A DNA stretch of 64,000 bases from Macrostomum lignano (taxonomy: Eukaryota). Below, one piece after another: positions 15,535-28,619 of the stretch (positions within the stretch are counted from its first letter, which is position 1; every line of letters begins with the position of its first letter). The translations under genes and the position numbers were made by a program. The stretch is from the NCBI GenBank assembly GCA_002269645.1, contig NIVC01000019.1, positions 682,001 to 746,000 of the forward strand, read 5' to 3'. Below the pieces are notes generated by a model. That model ran no database searches. It saw only the letters and a program-made list of their open reading frames with translations, and was not told the DNA's origin.

Positions 15535-16530
15535 TATCGATGACTATGGATCATCGATGACTATGGATTATCGATGACTATGGACTATCGATGACAATGG
15601 ACTATCGATGACAATGGATTATCGATGACTATGGATTATCGATGACTATGGACTATCGATGACTATGGATTATCGATGACTATGGATTATCCATGACTAT
15701 GGATTATCGATGACTATGGATTATCCATGACTATGGACTATCGATGACTATGGATTATCGATGACTATGGATTATCCATGACTATGGACTATCGATGACT
15801 ATGGATTATCGATAACTATGGGTTATCAAAAGCCACGGGGCTTTCGACAATTATGGACTATCGATGACAATGGATTATCGATGACTATGGATTATCTATG
15901 ACTATGGATTATCGATGACAATGGGTTATCGATGACTATGGATTATCGATGACAATGGGTTATCGATGACTATGGATTATCGATGACAATGGGTTATCGA
16001 TGACTATGGATTATCGATGACAATGGATTATCGATGACTATGGATTATCGATGACTATGGATTATCGATGACTATGGACTATCGATGACAATGGACTATC
16101 AATGACTATTGGTTATCGATAGATGCGGATTATCTATAAATGCGGATTATATATAACTATGGATTAACGATAACTATAAATTATCGATAGATGCGGATTA
16201 TCTATAAATGCGGATTATATATAACTATGGATTAACGATAACTATAAATTATCGATAGATGCGGATTATCTATAAATGCGGATTATATATAACTATGGAT
16301 TAACGATAACTATAAATTATCGATAGATGCGGATTATCTATAAATGCGGATTATCGATAACTATGGATTAACGATAACTATAAATTATCGATAGATGCGG
16401 ATTATCTATAAATGCGGATTATATATAACTATGGATTATCGATAACCTATGAATTATCGTATCGATAACTATGAATTATCGATAAATGCGAATTATCAAT
16501 AAACTATTGCATTATCGATAAATGTGGATT
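15535..16530. repeat. 17-bp CTATGGATTATCGATGA minisatellite with ~70-bp higher-order block at 16110-16420
   Basis: Direct inspection. Confidence 0.92.
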
Positions 16531-16661
16531 ATCGATGACTATCGATTGTTTCCAAAGACAGTTGCTACAAAGGATGACCGGGAACAGGCTACTACTCATA
16601 CTTATTCACCCCATCCCAGCTAAAAGTACAGTCCCGCAGACAGCCCTCGTCCATCACTTGC

Positions 16662-16782
16662 CGATTTCCACTGACACATCCGCGATGCGCAGCTCCACCT
16701 GCTGCTGCTGCCAGCTTGTTGCGACGCCGATCGCCGAGTCGCCCTTCGCCTCCGCCGCTTCGCCAACGGTTGATGAAGTCAT
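16662..16782 (-). CDS. Candidate 5' exon of Ig-domain gene (MTSSTVGEAAEAKGDSAIGVATSWQQQQVELRIADVSVEI)
   Basis: GC3-rich codons, ATG after a pyrimidine run, GCAAGT (GC-AG type) donor in phase 1. Confidence 0.3.
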
Positions 16783-17134
16783 TTTATTGAAAAGAAGAGA
16801 ACCAAAACAGGAACTAAGAATGCCAGTTAATGGGAATTCGGAGTGGTGGGATTAAAGCGGCTTTACTGAGTGTGGAATTTTTGGCTCCGATTCCAGCCAG
16901 AGACACGCCCAACAGCTGCAGCCAATTTTCTATCGTGGCTGGCCGGCTGGGGGGAGGCCGGTTCGCCTGGCGAATGGCAGAGCTCGGGGGGCTGGTGATC
17001 AGGACTGGTGTACATGTACAGCCGTGCAGACAGCCTGTCACACTTTCTAGGGCAATGAAAGCCCCATACATGTAAGTTCACTGACGGTATTTATCGTGCA
17101 ATTTATTTCATTTTTTACAGATAATTTTGGGTAG

Positions 17135-17845
17135 CTATGGATTATCGGGTTATGTGGCTATGGATTATCGGGTTGGGTTGGCCATGGATTATCGGGTTGG
17201 GTTGGCCATGGATTATCGGGTTGGGTATAGCTATGGATTATCGGGTTGGGTAGTTGTGGATTATCGGGTTAGGTAGCTATGGATTATCAGGTTGGGTATA
17301 GCTATGGATTATCGGGTTGGGTAGCTATGGATTATCGGGTTGGGTAGCTATGGATTATCGGGTTGGGTAGCTATGGATTATCGGGTTGGGTAGCTATGGA
17401 TTATCGGGTTGGATAGCCAGGGATTATCGGGTTGGTTAGCTATGGATTATCGGGTTGGGTAGCTATGGATTATCGGGTTGGGTTGGCCATGGATTATCGG
17501 GTTGGGTATAGCTATGGATTATCGAGTTGGGTAGCTATGGATTATCGGGTTGGGTATAGCTATGGATTATCGAGTTGGGTAGCTATGGATTATCGGGTTG
17601 GGTTGGCCATGGATTATCGGGTTGGGTATAGCTATGGATTATCGAGTTGGGTAGCTATGGATTATCGGGTTGGGTATAGCTATGGATTATCGAGTTGGGT
17701 AGCTATGGATTATCGGGTTGGGTATAGCTATGGATTATCGGGTTGGGTAGCTATGGATTATCAAGTTGGGTAGCTATGGATTATCGGGTTAGGTAGCTAT
17801 GGATTATCGGGTTGGGTAGCTATGGATTATCGGGTTGTAGCTATG
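17135..17845. repeat. 23-bp GGATTATCGGGTTGGGTAGCTAT minisatellite
   Basis: Direct inspection; shares the CTATGGATTATCG core with 15535-16530. Confidence 0.93.
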
Positions 17846-18624
17846 AATTCGAACTAAGTATTCGAAAGGGATTATAGAACTTAAAATTTCTTGTTCCTGC
17901 ACCCTCAATCAGTCAAAATTTGGTGTCACATATTCCTGGATCAGCCGAGCAATCACTAATCCAGTTCGAGTCAGTTCGAATTGGCCAGATTGGAACTGGC
18001 AGATTTCCTAATTGCTTTACATAATATGCACAATACATCAACAATACATCCCGTATAAGACGGTATTAACCACACCAGAGTCATAATGCATCACAGAGTG
18101 CTCCTTTGCATCACAGAGGAGGGGGGGGGCAGAAACTGTAAGCAGAACCCGCCAACTCTGACTCAGCATTAATATCGCAGGCCCAGCACTTGAATTTGTC
18201 AGTCACACTGCACTGGGGGGCTGCAGGGGATACTGAAACCAAAGAGGACGCAAAAAGAGTTGTGGGAAGAGCATGAATATAGATAGAAAGTGAGAGGTGG
18301 GTGATGGGGCCGATGGTACGTTTGGAACAGGTGGGATGAGTTAGTAAAAGGCGTACAAACTCCCAGCGTGATAGCGCCATGTTTCCCACCCCAGATACGT
18401 GTCAGGCATGTGCGAGTAAAATTATAAAAAAACTGCTATACATAAAATTGACGGACTCAATTTTGCCAGAGTCTTGGCGCGATTGACAGCCGTATGTTGT
18501 TTTGCTGCTGTCAACCAAATGTGAAAGCATTTTTACAGAGAACTCATGCATGCTGAAGTTTCAGGATTTTTAATTTCAATTGGTTTTTGTTTGTAGGTCA
18601 CTTCAGGGTCATGCGTCGTAAGGG

Positions 18625-19575
18625 TGTGAACTAGAGTGTGCTATTGGGTGTGAACTAGAGTGTGCTGTTGGGTGTGAACTAGAGTGTGCTATTGGGTGTG
18701 AACTAGAGTGTGCTGTTGGGTGTGAACTAGAGTGTGCTATTGGGTGTGAACTAGAGTGTGCTGTTGGGTGTGAACTAGAGAGTGTGCTATTGGGTGTGAA
18801 CTAGAGTGTGCTGTTGGGTGTGAACTAGAGTGTGCTGTTGGGTGTGAACTAGAGTGTGCTGTTGAGTTTGAGCTAGAGTACTCCACAGAGTGTTTACATG
18901 AATTAGATTGCTCCACAGAGTTTTTAAATAAACTAGATTGCTCCAAAGAGTGTTTACATGAATTAGATTGCTCCACAGAGTGTTTACATGAACTATAGAG
19001 TTACTCCACGGAGTGTTTACATGAACTATAGAGTACTCCACAGAGTGTTTACATAAACTAGAGTGCTCCAAAGAGTGTTTAAATGAACTAGATTGCTCCA
19101 AAGAGTGTTTACATGAATTAGATTGCTCCACAGAGTGTTTACATGAACTATAGAGTTACTCCACGGAGTGTTTACATGAACTATAGAGTACTCCACAGAG
19201 TGTTTACATAAACTAGAGTGCTCCAAAGAGTGTTTAAATGAACTAGATTGCTCCAAAGAGTGTTTACATGAATTAGATTGCTCCACAGAGTGTTTACATG
19301 AACTATAGAGTTACTCCACGGAGTGTTTACATGAACTATAGAGTACTCCACAGAGTGTTTACATAAACTAGAGTGCTCCAAAGAGTGTTTAAATGAACTA
19401 GATTGCTCCAAAGAGTGTTTACATGAATTAGATTGCTCCACAGAGTGTTTACATGAACTATAGAGTTACTCCACGGAGTGTTTACATGAACTATAGAGTA
19501 CTCCACAGAGTGTTTACATAAACTAGAGTGCTCCACAGAGTGTTTACATGAGCTAGAGTGCTCCATTGAATGTGA
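18625..19575. repeat. 24-bp array followed by ~31-bp monomers in a 155-bp higher-order repeat
   Basis: Identical repeat-ORFs recur at 155-bp offsets (18976, 19131, 19286, 19441). Confidence 0.92.
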
Positions 19576-22089
19576 ACTAAAGAATTCGCCTTGTGAGTAG
19601 TTTCTTTCGCCCCATAGCACTACATCAGAGATCACCACTGCCTCAGCACAGCTCCAGCTGACAATTCAGCAGCAGCTCACGCCAGAAGAAACCTAACCCG
19701 ATAATTTGTTGATTTGAATGCTAGAAATTGCCTGGCAGGAATGGATGGAAATTGGAAGTATTTTTGGGAATAAGCCGAGGCCAGAGCACAGGTAGGCTGA
19801 GGTGGAGCGCCGGCCTGCACTAAAGCAGAATTGACGGGCGCGCATCCGATGCAGGCGCTGGAGGCGGTCCACATGCATTAGAGTAAATGGGTTCGGGTAA
19901 AATATTCCCGGCTTCCATGTAGGATCCCAGTGCAGAGAGGCTGGCAGACCCGTTCGCCCATCGCAAAGTTGCAATATCGCAAGCCAGACGGGGCAATGGA
20001 GCCGAGCCCCAAGGACTCAAGCAATAGCTATAGCTACCTGAGCTAACAAGTGGGGATCGCTAAAAGCAATATGACGCTGCTTTCTCTCCCGCACTTGCTG
20101 CTTTCTGGGATGGGGGCTGGGCTAAACAGGCTCTCTGAGGATGAGGCAAAGATGTCTGTCTCCATTTGGGAATTTTATGAAAAAAAATTGCATTTCCTCA
20201 TTTCTTCGGCATTTAGGCAGCTTTAATACCCCAACCCCAACCCCCCTGGCGACATCTGATGCAGCCCTTTGTTGCTGAGAGCTGCAGGCTGCATCTTCGG
20301 TTTGAAATATCTTTATTGCAATTTTAGGCCTGCGGAGGCTGCTGGGAGGCGGGGGGGGGGTTACAAGCGAATGACTCCTCCTAAAGGCGAATCTGAATCT
20401 TCATCAGCTGGATGCTGGGAACAATGAATGAAAACTACGAGTAAAATAAAAAATTTCGTAAATACTACTGACTGACTGAAAGTTAGTAGCATATAGATAG
20501 CTGAAGTAGAATACAGCTGCTCGAAGCCTGTTTTCATTGAAAAATTCACTGGCGAGATGGGAGGATGTCAAGGCTTACTGGGGGGTTGCTGAGATGTCAA
20601 GGCTCACGGGAGGGAATTGCTGAGATGTCAAGGCTCACGGGAGGGAAATTGCTGAGATGTCAAGGCTCACGGGAGGGAATTGCTGAGTGGGAGTTGCTCA
20701 GATGCTTTGAGCCAAAGCTCACAGAGGATCAGATATCTTAGGCCAGGATGCATTTTTGCGTTAAAAATCATTTTCCCTTAAGAAATTGTATATGTACGCT
20801 CGTAGAAGGTCATACAACATGCATGCACAGATACCGGAATAGCTATAGATGGGCCACTCAGCACATTTGCGTGTAAGCTACTTTCAGTTCAGTAGTAAGG
20901 TAAACAGAAGCATTTTAATGTATTTTAAATACAAGGCTTATTAGCTTTTACCCCCCCCAAGCTTAAACCCTCAAACTTTAAGGGGGTAGGGGGCCGTAGC
21001 CCAGCTGTAGCGCAGCTGCTCTGGTTTGCCAGCGACCCAGGCTCGATTCCAAGTGCAGTCGCATTAATTTGAGGCTAAATTGGAATCTCGGCTTGGCTCT
21101 GCTCGTGTAATTAACGGCCTTGAGAGCCAACCCCCCCCCCCAAGGCGCAGTGAAGTGTACATGCCTAACGATAAAAATAAAGTTGGGGCCGCTGTACACT
21201 CCTGTGTGAGTGTGTGCCTGCGTACGTATCCGCGCGCTTGTAAGCCTGCTCAGGGGAGTCGGCGGAATGGGCAGCAATGCCTCTAACCGGTTGTGTGCCT
21301 ATGTCGCTTAAAGTGCGCCAGGGTGCACACAACCCCCCTGCCTCTAATAAAAAACCCCTCAAACTCAACACAGAACCTCTATCCCTGCCCCGCCACCCAA
21401 TTTTTATTACCTTCCTCGGCTGTTCCAGTCTAAATCTGCCATGTACATTTCAGTGGCTAATGTACATTATAGCTGAACCAATTTGTTTACGCCTGCAAGC
21501 TTTGGGCTTCCAAACTTATCAAAGTCATTTCAGCTGCCTTTATTTTTATAAAATAGCTTATGTATTTTTCATTGCTACTGAACTGAAAGTAGAAAGCTGT
21601 TTTGCTAAGTACATATGCCTGAGTGGCCTATCTAGTTATTATAGTATCAGTGCCTGCATGAAGTTTATTCAAGCATTTTTACTTACAATACTACTTAAAT
21701 TATTACTTAAATTACAGAAACTGTAATTTTGAGTTTTATGCCCGACTAAACTGAAAACCTCAGATCTCCTGTTTTACAAGCCGTGCACGATGAGGTAGTG
21801 TAGTCCCAAGAAGCTGGGCGTGCCTCATCAATGCAAAATAAACTGCTCACCCCATTAGTCTCAGCAATTAGCGAGAGATTCGCAAATTTTGCCCGAGGCT
21901 TGAAGGCGACGAGCTAAGAAGTTTGCCCAGATCCGCACAGGAGGTATTCCAGCTTCTAAGCATTCTAAAGCTTTGAGGAAGGGAGTAACGAGCCCATCAT
22001 TGCACATACCCACCAACGCAAACATTATTTCACAACGCGGCTTTTTTATGACACCGAAACTTCAACCGTACAGATGCCCCTTATTAGGG

Positions 22090-22425
22090 AGAAATGGCGC
22101 CCCTCACTCAAATGAAATGGCGCCCCCCACTCAAATGAAATGGCGCCCCCACTCAAATGAAATGGCGCCTCTCACTCAAATGAAATGGCGCTTCTCACTT
22201 AAATGAAATGGCGCCTCTCACTCAAATAAAATGGTGCCTCTCACTCAAATGAAATGGCGCCTCTCACTCAAATGAAATGGCGCTTCTCACTAAAATGAAA
22301 TGGTGCCCCTCACTCAAATGAAATGGCGCCTCTTACTCAAATGAAATGGCGCCCCCCACTAAAAAAAATGGCGCCTCTCACTCAAATGAAATGGCGCCTC
22401 TCACTCAAATTAAGTGGTGCCCACA
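22090..22425. repeat. 23-bp AAATGAAATGGCGCCTCTCACTC minisatellite
   Basis: Direct inspection. Confidence 0.92.
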
Positions 22426-23196
22426 AAAAACAGGCGCAGCCCCACTATAATATATAACGGGACTATCTGTCTGACCCATCCGTGCTTCTGATTGGCTGGC
22501 GCAGGTCACGTGATGCAAATCACAAATACTATCGCCTCTGTAGGTGTATTAGAATGAGACCCAATAAGACACAAATTAAAGACACAATCAAGTTAAGAAT
22601 TTATTTTTTTAACATTGATTAAAAACAACAGACAGCATAGCCTGGGTCACTAGCCGGAGACAAATATATTTTGTGTACCGATGAGAATCGGAACTCAATT
22701 TAAAACTAACAATAATAAAAACAACAAATAAAAAAACAAATGAGAAATCATATCAAAGAGAGTCAATACTCGAATCTGAAAATCAAAGCTGTCAGGATAG
22801 CAAATACTAATTTATCAATACATTTACACTATAGGTTGCTAACGACGCACCCGACGCCATAGCAACAAAAGTAGTTAGTAAGTAGCTTACTGAAGTACAG
22901 CGACGAAGTGCTCAGTGAGACGACGTCGCCGAAGGCGTTGCGCCAGGGTGCCAATCATATGAACTGTTTTATTTTTTGACTAAGCTGACATCAGCTTTAT
23001 GAAGTCGCGAATGGAATTAATAGTATTAAAAAATACAAAATCAAGCTCAATACATTGGACTGTGAGACTAGGATTAGAAACAAATAAACGTCATCGCATC
23101 AACAACTGCTGTCACAGGACAATGTCTGACAGCTGTGTCAAGGGAACAGGTGCTAAAATACCAGGTAGTTACCTGCGAGCACGGGAGCAGCTGGTC

Positions 23197-23617
23197 TCAG
23201 TCCTGTTCCTGCGGTTCGACCGTTAACTCGGCGCTTTCCCGATCCCCGCCACCGTCTTTGATGCCGCCGCCTTTGCCGCCACTGGGCACCTTCGACCGCG
23301 CCTTGGCCGCCGCCCGTTCAGCGCGTTCTGCTTTGGCCTCGGCCGCTTCGGCCGCCGATTCCGCGCTGGTCGCCTCGGATTCGGCCGCTTCGGCGAGCGC
23401 CCGCGCTTCGTCTGCGCGTTGCCGCGCCTCCTTAGCGGCGGCCAGAGCGGCGTCGGCTTCGGAGCGCGCCTCGCTGGCGGCCAATTCGGCTTTCGTTGCG
23501 GCCTCGGCCGCGTCCGACGCATTGTTGGCTTCGTCTTTGAGTCGCTGCTGGCGGAGCTTGGCGCATTCGGGCTTGTGCACCGGCCAGTTCAAGCGCTGAC
23601 AGCGGGGTCCGCAGTAT
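23197..23617 (-). CDS. ANKMY2: Ankyrin repeat and MYND domain protein 2, last exon
   Basis: CGCAG acceptor; YCGPRCQRLNWPVHKPEC completes the MYND finger; Ala/Glu-rich tail to TGA. Confidence 0.88.
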
Positions 23618-23699
23618 CTGCGGTTGGAAGGCGATGAGCAGCAAGTTGAGGGGCTCGTTTGATAACTAACAATTAAACACGCACAGAATGCGTGAAATG

Positions 23700-24230
23700 G
23701 TTTGCGCACGGACAAATGACTTTGAATCACGTACTGATATGGTTAATTTCTGTCAAATGACCTTGAATCACGTACTGATATGGTTAATTTCTGTCAAATG
23801 ACCTTGAAACACGAACGGGATGCATGCTCTTGCGCGCATTTTGACAGATGACCTTGAACCACGTACTGATATGGTTAATTTCTGTCAAATGACCTTGAAA
23901 CACGAACGGGATGCATGCTCTTGCGCGCATTTTGACAGATGACCTTGAACCACGTGCTGATATGGTTAATTTCTGTCAAATGACCTTGAAACACGAACGG
24001 GATGCATGCTCTTGCGCGCATTTTGACAAATGACCTTAAACTAAGATCAGAGAGTACGAGTATGGTATGATCTTTTTGCTTTTCTTTTTACGTGGAACTC
24101 GTTTGTTGATAACTTACAAATAAACACGCACAGAATGCGTGACATGGTTTGCGCACGGACAAATGACATTGAACCACGTATTGACATGGATAACGTTTGT
24201 CAAATGACCTTGAAACACGAACGGGATGCA
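23700..24230. repeat. ~91-bp unit array with TGACCTTGAA core (ANKMY2 intron)
   Basis: Units start at 23795, 23886, 23977. Confidence 0.85.
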
Positions 24231-24705
24231 TGCCCTTGCTCGTTACTAGACATTTCTTACTACACATTAAAACTCGTATCGACTGTGTATTCATGTTTGT
24301 TTTTTTGCTAGCTGACCTTGAACAACGTTTGCAGAATGCACGCTCGTACCTACTACGCTCGTGGTTTGTTTTGTGACAAATAAGGCCTTCAGTCACAAGG
24401 CCAGGTGATACGGTTGATTTCTATAGAATGATCTGAACCATGCAAAAAGGTGAGTACGTTGCTTTCTGGATTGTTACGTTTTTACATAACTCACAAGCAG
24501 TATTACTCGCAAAAACTCTTAGACAAGCATATATGGGTAATTTTCTGTCAAATGACCTTTAATCACGCATACGCAAGACGCGTGTCAGTTGGTTTTTGTA
24601 TGCCATTTGATCAGCTTTCTGACCGATAACCTTTAACCACGCACATAATGCGTGCTCTTTTTGAGATAGATAAAATAACAAGTATTTTTGAGCCCTCAGA
24701 CTCAC

Positions 24706-24998
24706 TTGACAACTCGACAGCCAGCGCAGTGCCGACAGCCAATAAACTTATCGCAGACTTCGCAGGCGTCCTGATCAGCAAAGAACTGCTGCCCGTTGAC
24801 GGCTCCATTGAGCACACTAACCGCTGTCGGCCGACAACCAAGACGGCTGCTCGCTAGACTGCGAATCATAGTACGCAACAGGTTGCTCTCCGTGTAGGGA
24901 TACTCGCGAAGAACGCGCCGGATCAGCTCTTCGGAACCGCGACCGGCCCGGGCCGGTCCGACTGGCTGAGTCAGTCGGCGCAGCGCTTGGTCCAGCGA
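24706..24998 (-). CDS. ANKMY2: ANKMY2 exon (start of MYND finger)
   Basis: TTCCTTCCAG acceptor and GTGAGT donor; SLDQALRRL...ELIRRVLREYPYTESNLLRTMIRSL...CEVCDKFIGCRHCAGCRVV; not shown in the ORF track in this frame. Confidence 0.88.
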
Positions 24999-25054
24999 CT
25001 GGAAGGAATCGATTTTTTTAAACGCGCGTTGCGCTTATCCTAGAACTAGGAAGG

Positions 25055-25285
25055 ACAGCGCTTATCGTAGAACACTATGGATAGCAGCGCTTATCGTAGA
25101 ACACTGTGGATAGCAGCGCTTATCGTTTAACATTATGGATAGCAGCGCTTATTGTAGAACACTATGGATAGCAGCGCTTATCGTAGAACACTATGGATAG
25201 CAGCGCTTATCTTAGAACACTATGGATAGCAGCGCTTATTGTAGAACACTATGGATGGTAGCGCTTATCGTAGAACTATGATTAG
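25055..25285. repeat. 29-bp GGATAGCAGCGCTTATCGTAGAACACTAT minisatellite
   Basis: Direct inspection. Confidence 0.92.
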
Positions 25286-25353
25286 CACTGGACTAAAATA
25301 AAGAGCGTAGCCGCATACCTCTATTCATCAGCTCATTTATCAGTTCAGCTCAC

Positions 25354-25607
25354 CACTTGTCCATCATCCTTCCCGGACTCGACTCGACAGCGCTCCCACT
25401 CAGCAAGCAGGTGTCGAACAGCCACGGCCAGGTAAAAGAATTTTATACTCAATACTTCGTTGAGATCGCGGCGCTTCCATTGAGACTCGGAGAGCAGTTC
25501 GAGGACGCGCGGTACGGCCGGATTCAGCAGAGCCGGTCGCGATTCCAGCGTGTAGCACAGGTGAGCGGGGTTCAGATTTACGTCAGTCACTAGCATCCAG
25601 GTGTCCT
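25354..25607 (-). CDS. ANKMY2: ANKMY2 internal exon
   Basis: CCCTAG acceptor and GTGAGC donor; DTWMLVTDVNLNPAHL...LNEVLSIKFFYL; phase 1 in, phase 0 out. Confidence 0.85.
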
Positions 25608-25676
25608 CTAGGGCAAATTTTTGGGGTTTAAGTGCTGAGAAAAGCTTTAAAAGGAGCTTGAATCACGCACTGCATT

Positions 25677-25975
25677 CATACATGCGCAACCTCCAAAATT
25701 CGGTCGGCCATGCGACTTAGTTTTAACAAAAATGCGACGTAGTTTTTGGCCAAAAAATGCGACTTACATGTAATAAAAACCCTAAAGCAAAATTAACACA
25801 ACTTTGGGTAAACGGCAGGAGTAACTATGACTGTCTTATTAGGTCAAAATGCCTCGTCAGCTCCTTAGTAATACTACTTTGGTATTTTTCGGGTGGGCAT
25901 TTTTGCGACTTCCTTGATTGACTGCCAAATCGGTCGGCCGGATCGGCCGACTCGGCCGACTGTTGCGCATGTATG
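25677..25975. mobile_element. hAT-like MITE (299 bp) in ANKMY2 intron
   Basis: 14-bp perfect TIR CATACATGCGCAAC; 8-bp TSD ACTGCATT on both sides. Confidence 0.85.
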
Positions 25976-25989
25976 ACTGCATTCATGCT

Positions 25990-26430
25990 TAGAGTTTAGA
26001 GAGCATTGGCAAGTGACCTTAAATCACGCACTACATTCATGATTGGAGTAAGAGCATTGGCAAGTGACCTTGAATCACGCCCTGCATTCATGCTTAGAGT
26101 AAGAGCATTGGCAAGTGACCTTGAATCACACACTGCATTCATGCTTGGAGTAAGAGCATTGGCAAGTGACCTTGAATCACACACTGCATTCATGCTTGGA
26201 GTAAGAGCATTGGTAAGTGACCTTGAATCACACACTGCATTCATGCTTGGAGTAAGAGCATTGGCAAGTGACCTTGAATCACACACTGCATTCATGCTTG
26301 GAGTAAGAGCATTGGTAAGTGACCTTGAATCACACACTGCATTCATGCTTGGAGTAAGAGCATTGGCAAATGACCTTGAATCACGCCCTGCATTCATGCT
26401 TGGAGCAAGAGCATTGTCAAAGTGACCTTG
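25990..26430. repeat. 51-bp minisatellite with TGACCTTGAA core (ANKMY2 intron)
   Basis: Direct inspection. Confidence 0.93.
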
Positions 26431-26491
26431 AATCACGCACTGCATTGATAGAAGGGAAGGGAATCTATAAAAAAACGTGAATCAAGCTCAC

Positions 26492-26960
26492 CAAGCAAAT
26501 GAGGCGGCAATTTCGGCTTAGTCTCCAGACCGTGACAACGTGTATAATGCTCCAACTCTTCACGCTCAAAATAGTTGCCAATTAGCGAAGCAATCCGGTG
26601 GTGCCCAACAAAGGCGGCCATCTGGGATGCAGTGCGGCCGAGTCGGTTGGTTTTGTAGGCGCGGGCGCCGCGACGCAGCAGGGAGAGTACAGTTGGCTCG
26701 GAATTGCTGAGTGCAGCAAACATTAAAGCAGTGTAGCCGTGCTCGTGACCATCCCAGTTAACGTCGGCCTTGCCAGTATCAACTAGCAGAGCCACCAGGT
26801 CGGCGCGAGCTTTGAAGGCAGCATGCAGTAGCGGCGTCATGCCCTGCTCATCTGGCAGGTTTGGATCGGCTCCAGCTAGCAGGGCCAGGCGGGCTGCTTC
26901 CAGGCCGCTGCCTGACTCAGCTGAGGCTGCGAGAATCAGCGAGTCCTGGGGTGAATTTGC
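26492..26960 (-). CDS. ANKMY2: ANKMY2 ankyrin-repeat exon (start-codon exon not located)
   Basis: TTTGCAG acceptor and GTGAGC donor; ankyrin motifs DEQGMTPLLHAAFK, HGYTALMFAALS, NRLGRTASQMAAFVG followed by LETKPKLPP are typical of ANKMY2/DAF-25. Confidence 0.9.
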
Positions 26961-28619
26961 CTGCAAATTTAGGGGGAAACGCGAGTTTGTTTTTCATGCT
27001 ACGAGTAGGCCTATGCTGTGATTTCTATTTCAATTTTTATACAAATTTCATCCATGGCTAAAGTCAAGCAGTAAAAAATGACAAGTTATAAATACTGAAC
27101 CATGGAGTCTCGAACTAAAAGACAATGACAATTTACAACAATGTATAAATGCAGCATATGGAATCTCTTAGCCATAAATTTTCCAATATACATGAAAGTT
27201 GCAATTTTATTAAATACATATCATACTTTGTATAACTTACTTTTATATATTTGCAACTTAAGTGTGCTTTTAGTGTAAAAAGTGGTATGTATGTGCTAAC
27301 AATCATATATAATGCTTTTAATGCTTACCTATGAAGATATAAGAAATTTGTTACTTTTCAAATAAACTAATAAAAGTATACATAGCTTAATTTCTTAAAA
27401 TTTAAAATATATTTATGCCTAATAAAAAAGGTGAGATCAAAAGAGCTTTTAAAGAGATAAAAAGAGAGACAAATTAATTTTTTGTCAACAGTAATTGCCA
27501 TTTTGGGGACAAAGAGAAAGAAATTTTAGCAAAAACCCTACAATATAAATTGAGTAATAAACTGGTATTGATTTGACAAATGATTTATATTTATATTTTA
27601 CTTTTTCAAAGGTAAAATGAACTACAAGTAAGGTCGCAAAGATATTAATTTTTATTATAATAGACAGCAAAATGAAAATAAAAGTCAGCTGTGCACATCA
27701 TTACAACACTTCATTCATCAGTTAAAAAACTTATCAATTTAAAAATTGAATAAAATTCATTAAAATAAAATAAAATGAAGTAATCAGTCTGTTTAAATAT
27801 CAAGCAGTAGCTGCATCTTTATTTTGTTAAATTGATTTATTTGGAGAATTTGCCAAAATTTCCTTACATTGTCACCAAAGACAAAGTGATTTATTGCCAA
27901 AATGTCTTGTTGCTAAAATGTCCATGGCCAAAATTTCCTGTCACCAAAGTGACTGGTAGCCTGCTGAAGTAAGACACTAGATTGCTAGTATTATCTGAAA
28001 GCTAATTGAGATAAATAATTTATAGAATTTTTTTAAACTAAATAAATTATAAAATATTTTTTTGAAATAATAAGTGATTTATATTTTATATAAAATTTTA
28101 TAATTTGCATTTTAATTACAAAGAATTCTTAAATCTATGTAGGCCAATACTAAATAGTAGGCCTCTCTATTCTAAACTTAAAGTTTTTGTTATTTCAACA
28201 TTAGGTTTGAGGTGGTGCCTATGTTAAGTAAAGAAATGATAGTCTCTTTTTATGCACAATTAATACTTTATGTCTTGCTATACTTTTTAGAAACTCGCAC
28301 ATTTAAATTTATGCGAATTTTGTTTAACTGTTGTTATTTTCGAAAATATTCCACTTTGTTTAAACTTGCTCTGAAATTTTAGTATAAACTGGCAATCTAG
28401 TGCAGCCCCCTTCAGGGCGTCCAATAAGCAAGGAGCAAAAATAGTTCATGGAAAACAATTAAAAAAGCACATTTTCTTAAGAACCAATTCTTTCTTCACT
28501 TTTAAAAATCACCTGATTTGTGTAAAATTGTCATGGACAAAGATGTTTGCTATGAATCACTTTTTCTCTAAAATTAACAAACAGACAACAAAATATAGCT
28601 CCTTGATCTATATAGAAAA

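Noticed and set aside
20850-21630. Old inverted-repeat element (GGCCACTCAG...CTACTTTCAGTTCAGTAG in inverted copies)
   Set aside because: Arms too degenerate, and no TSD or defined termini
22430-22960. Non-autonomous Helitron (ACTATAATATATAA start, GGCGTTGCGCC hairpin)
   Set aside because: Lacks the 5' TC and the 3' CTRR terminus
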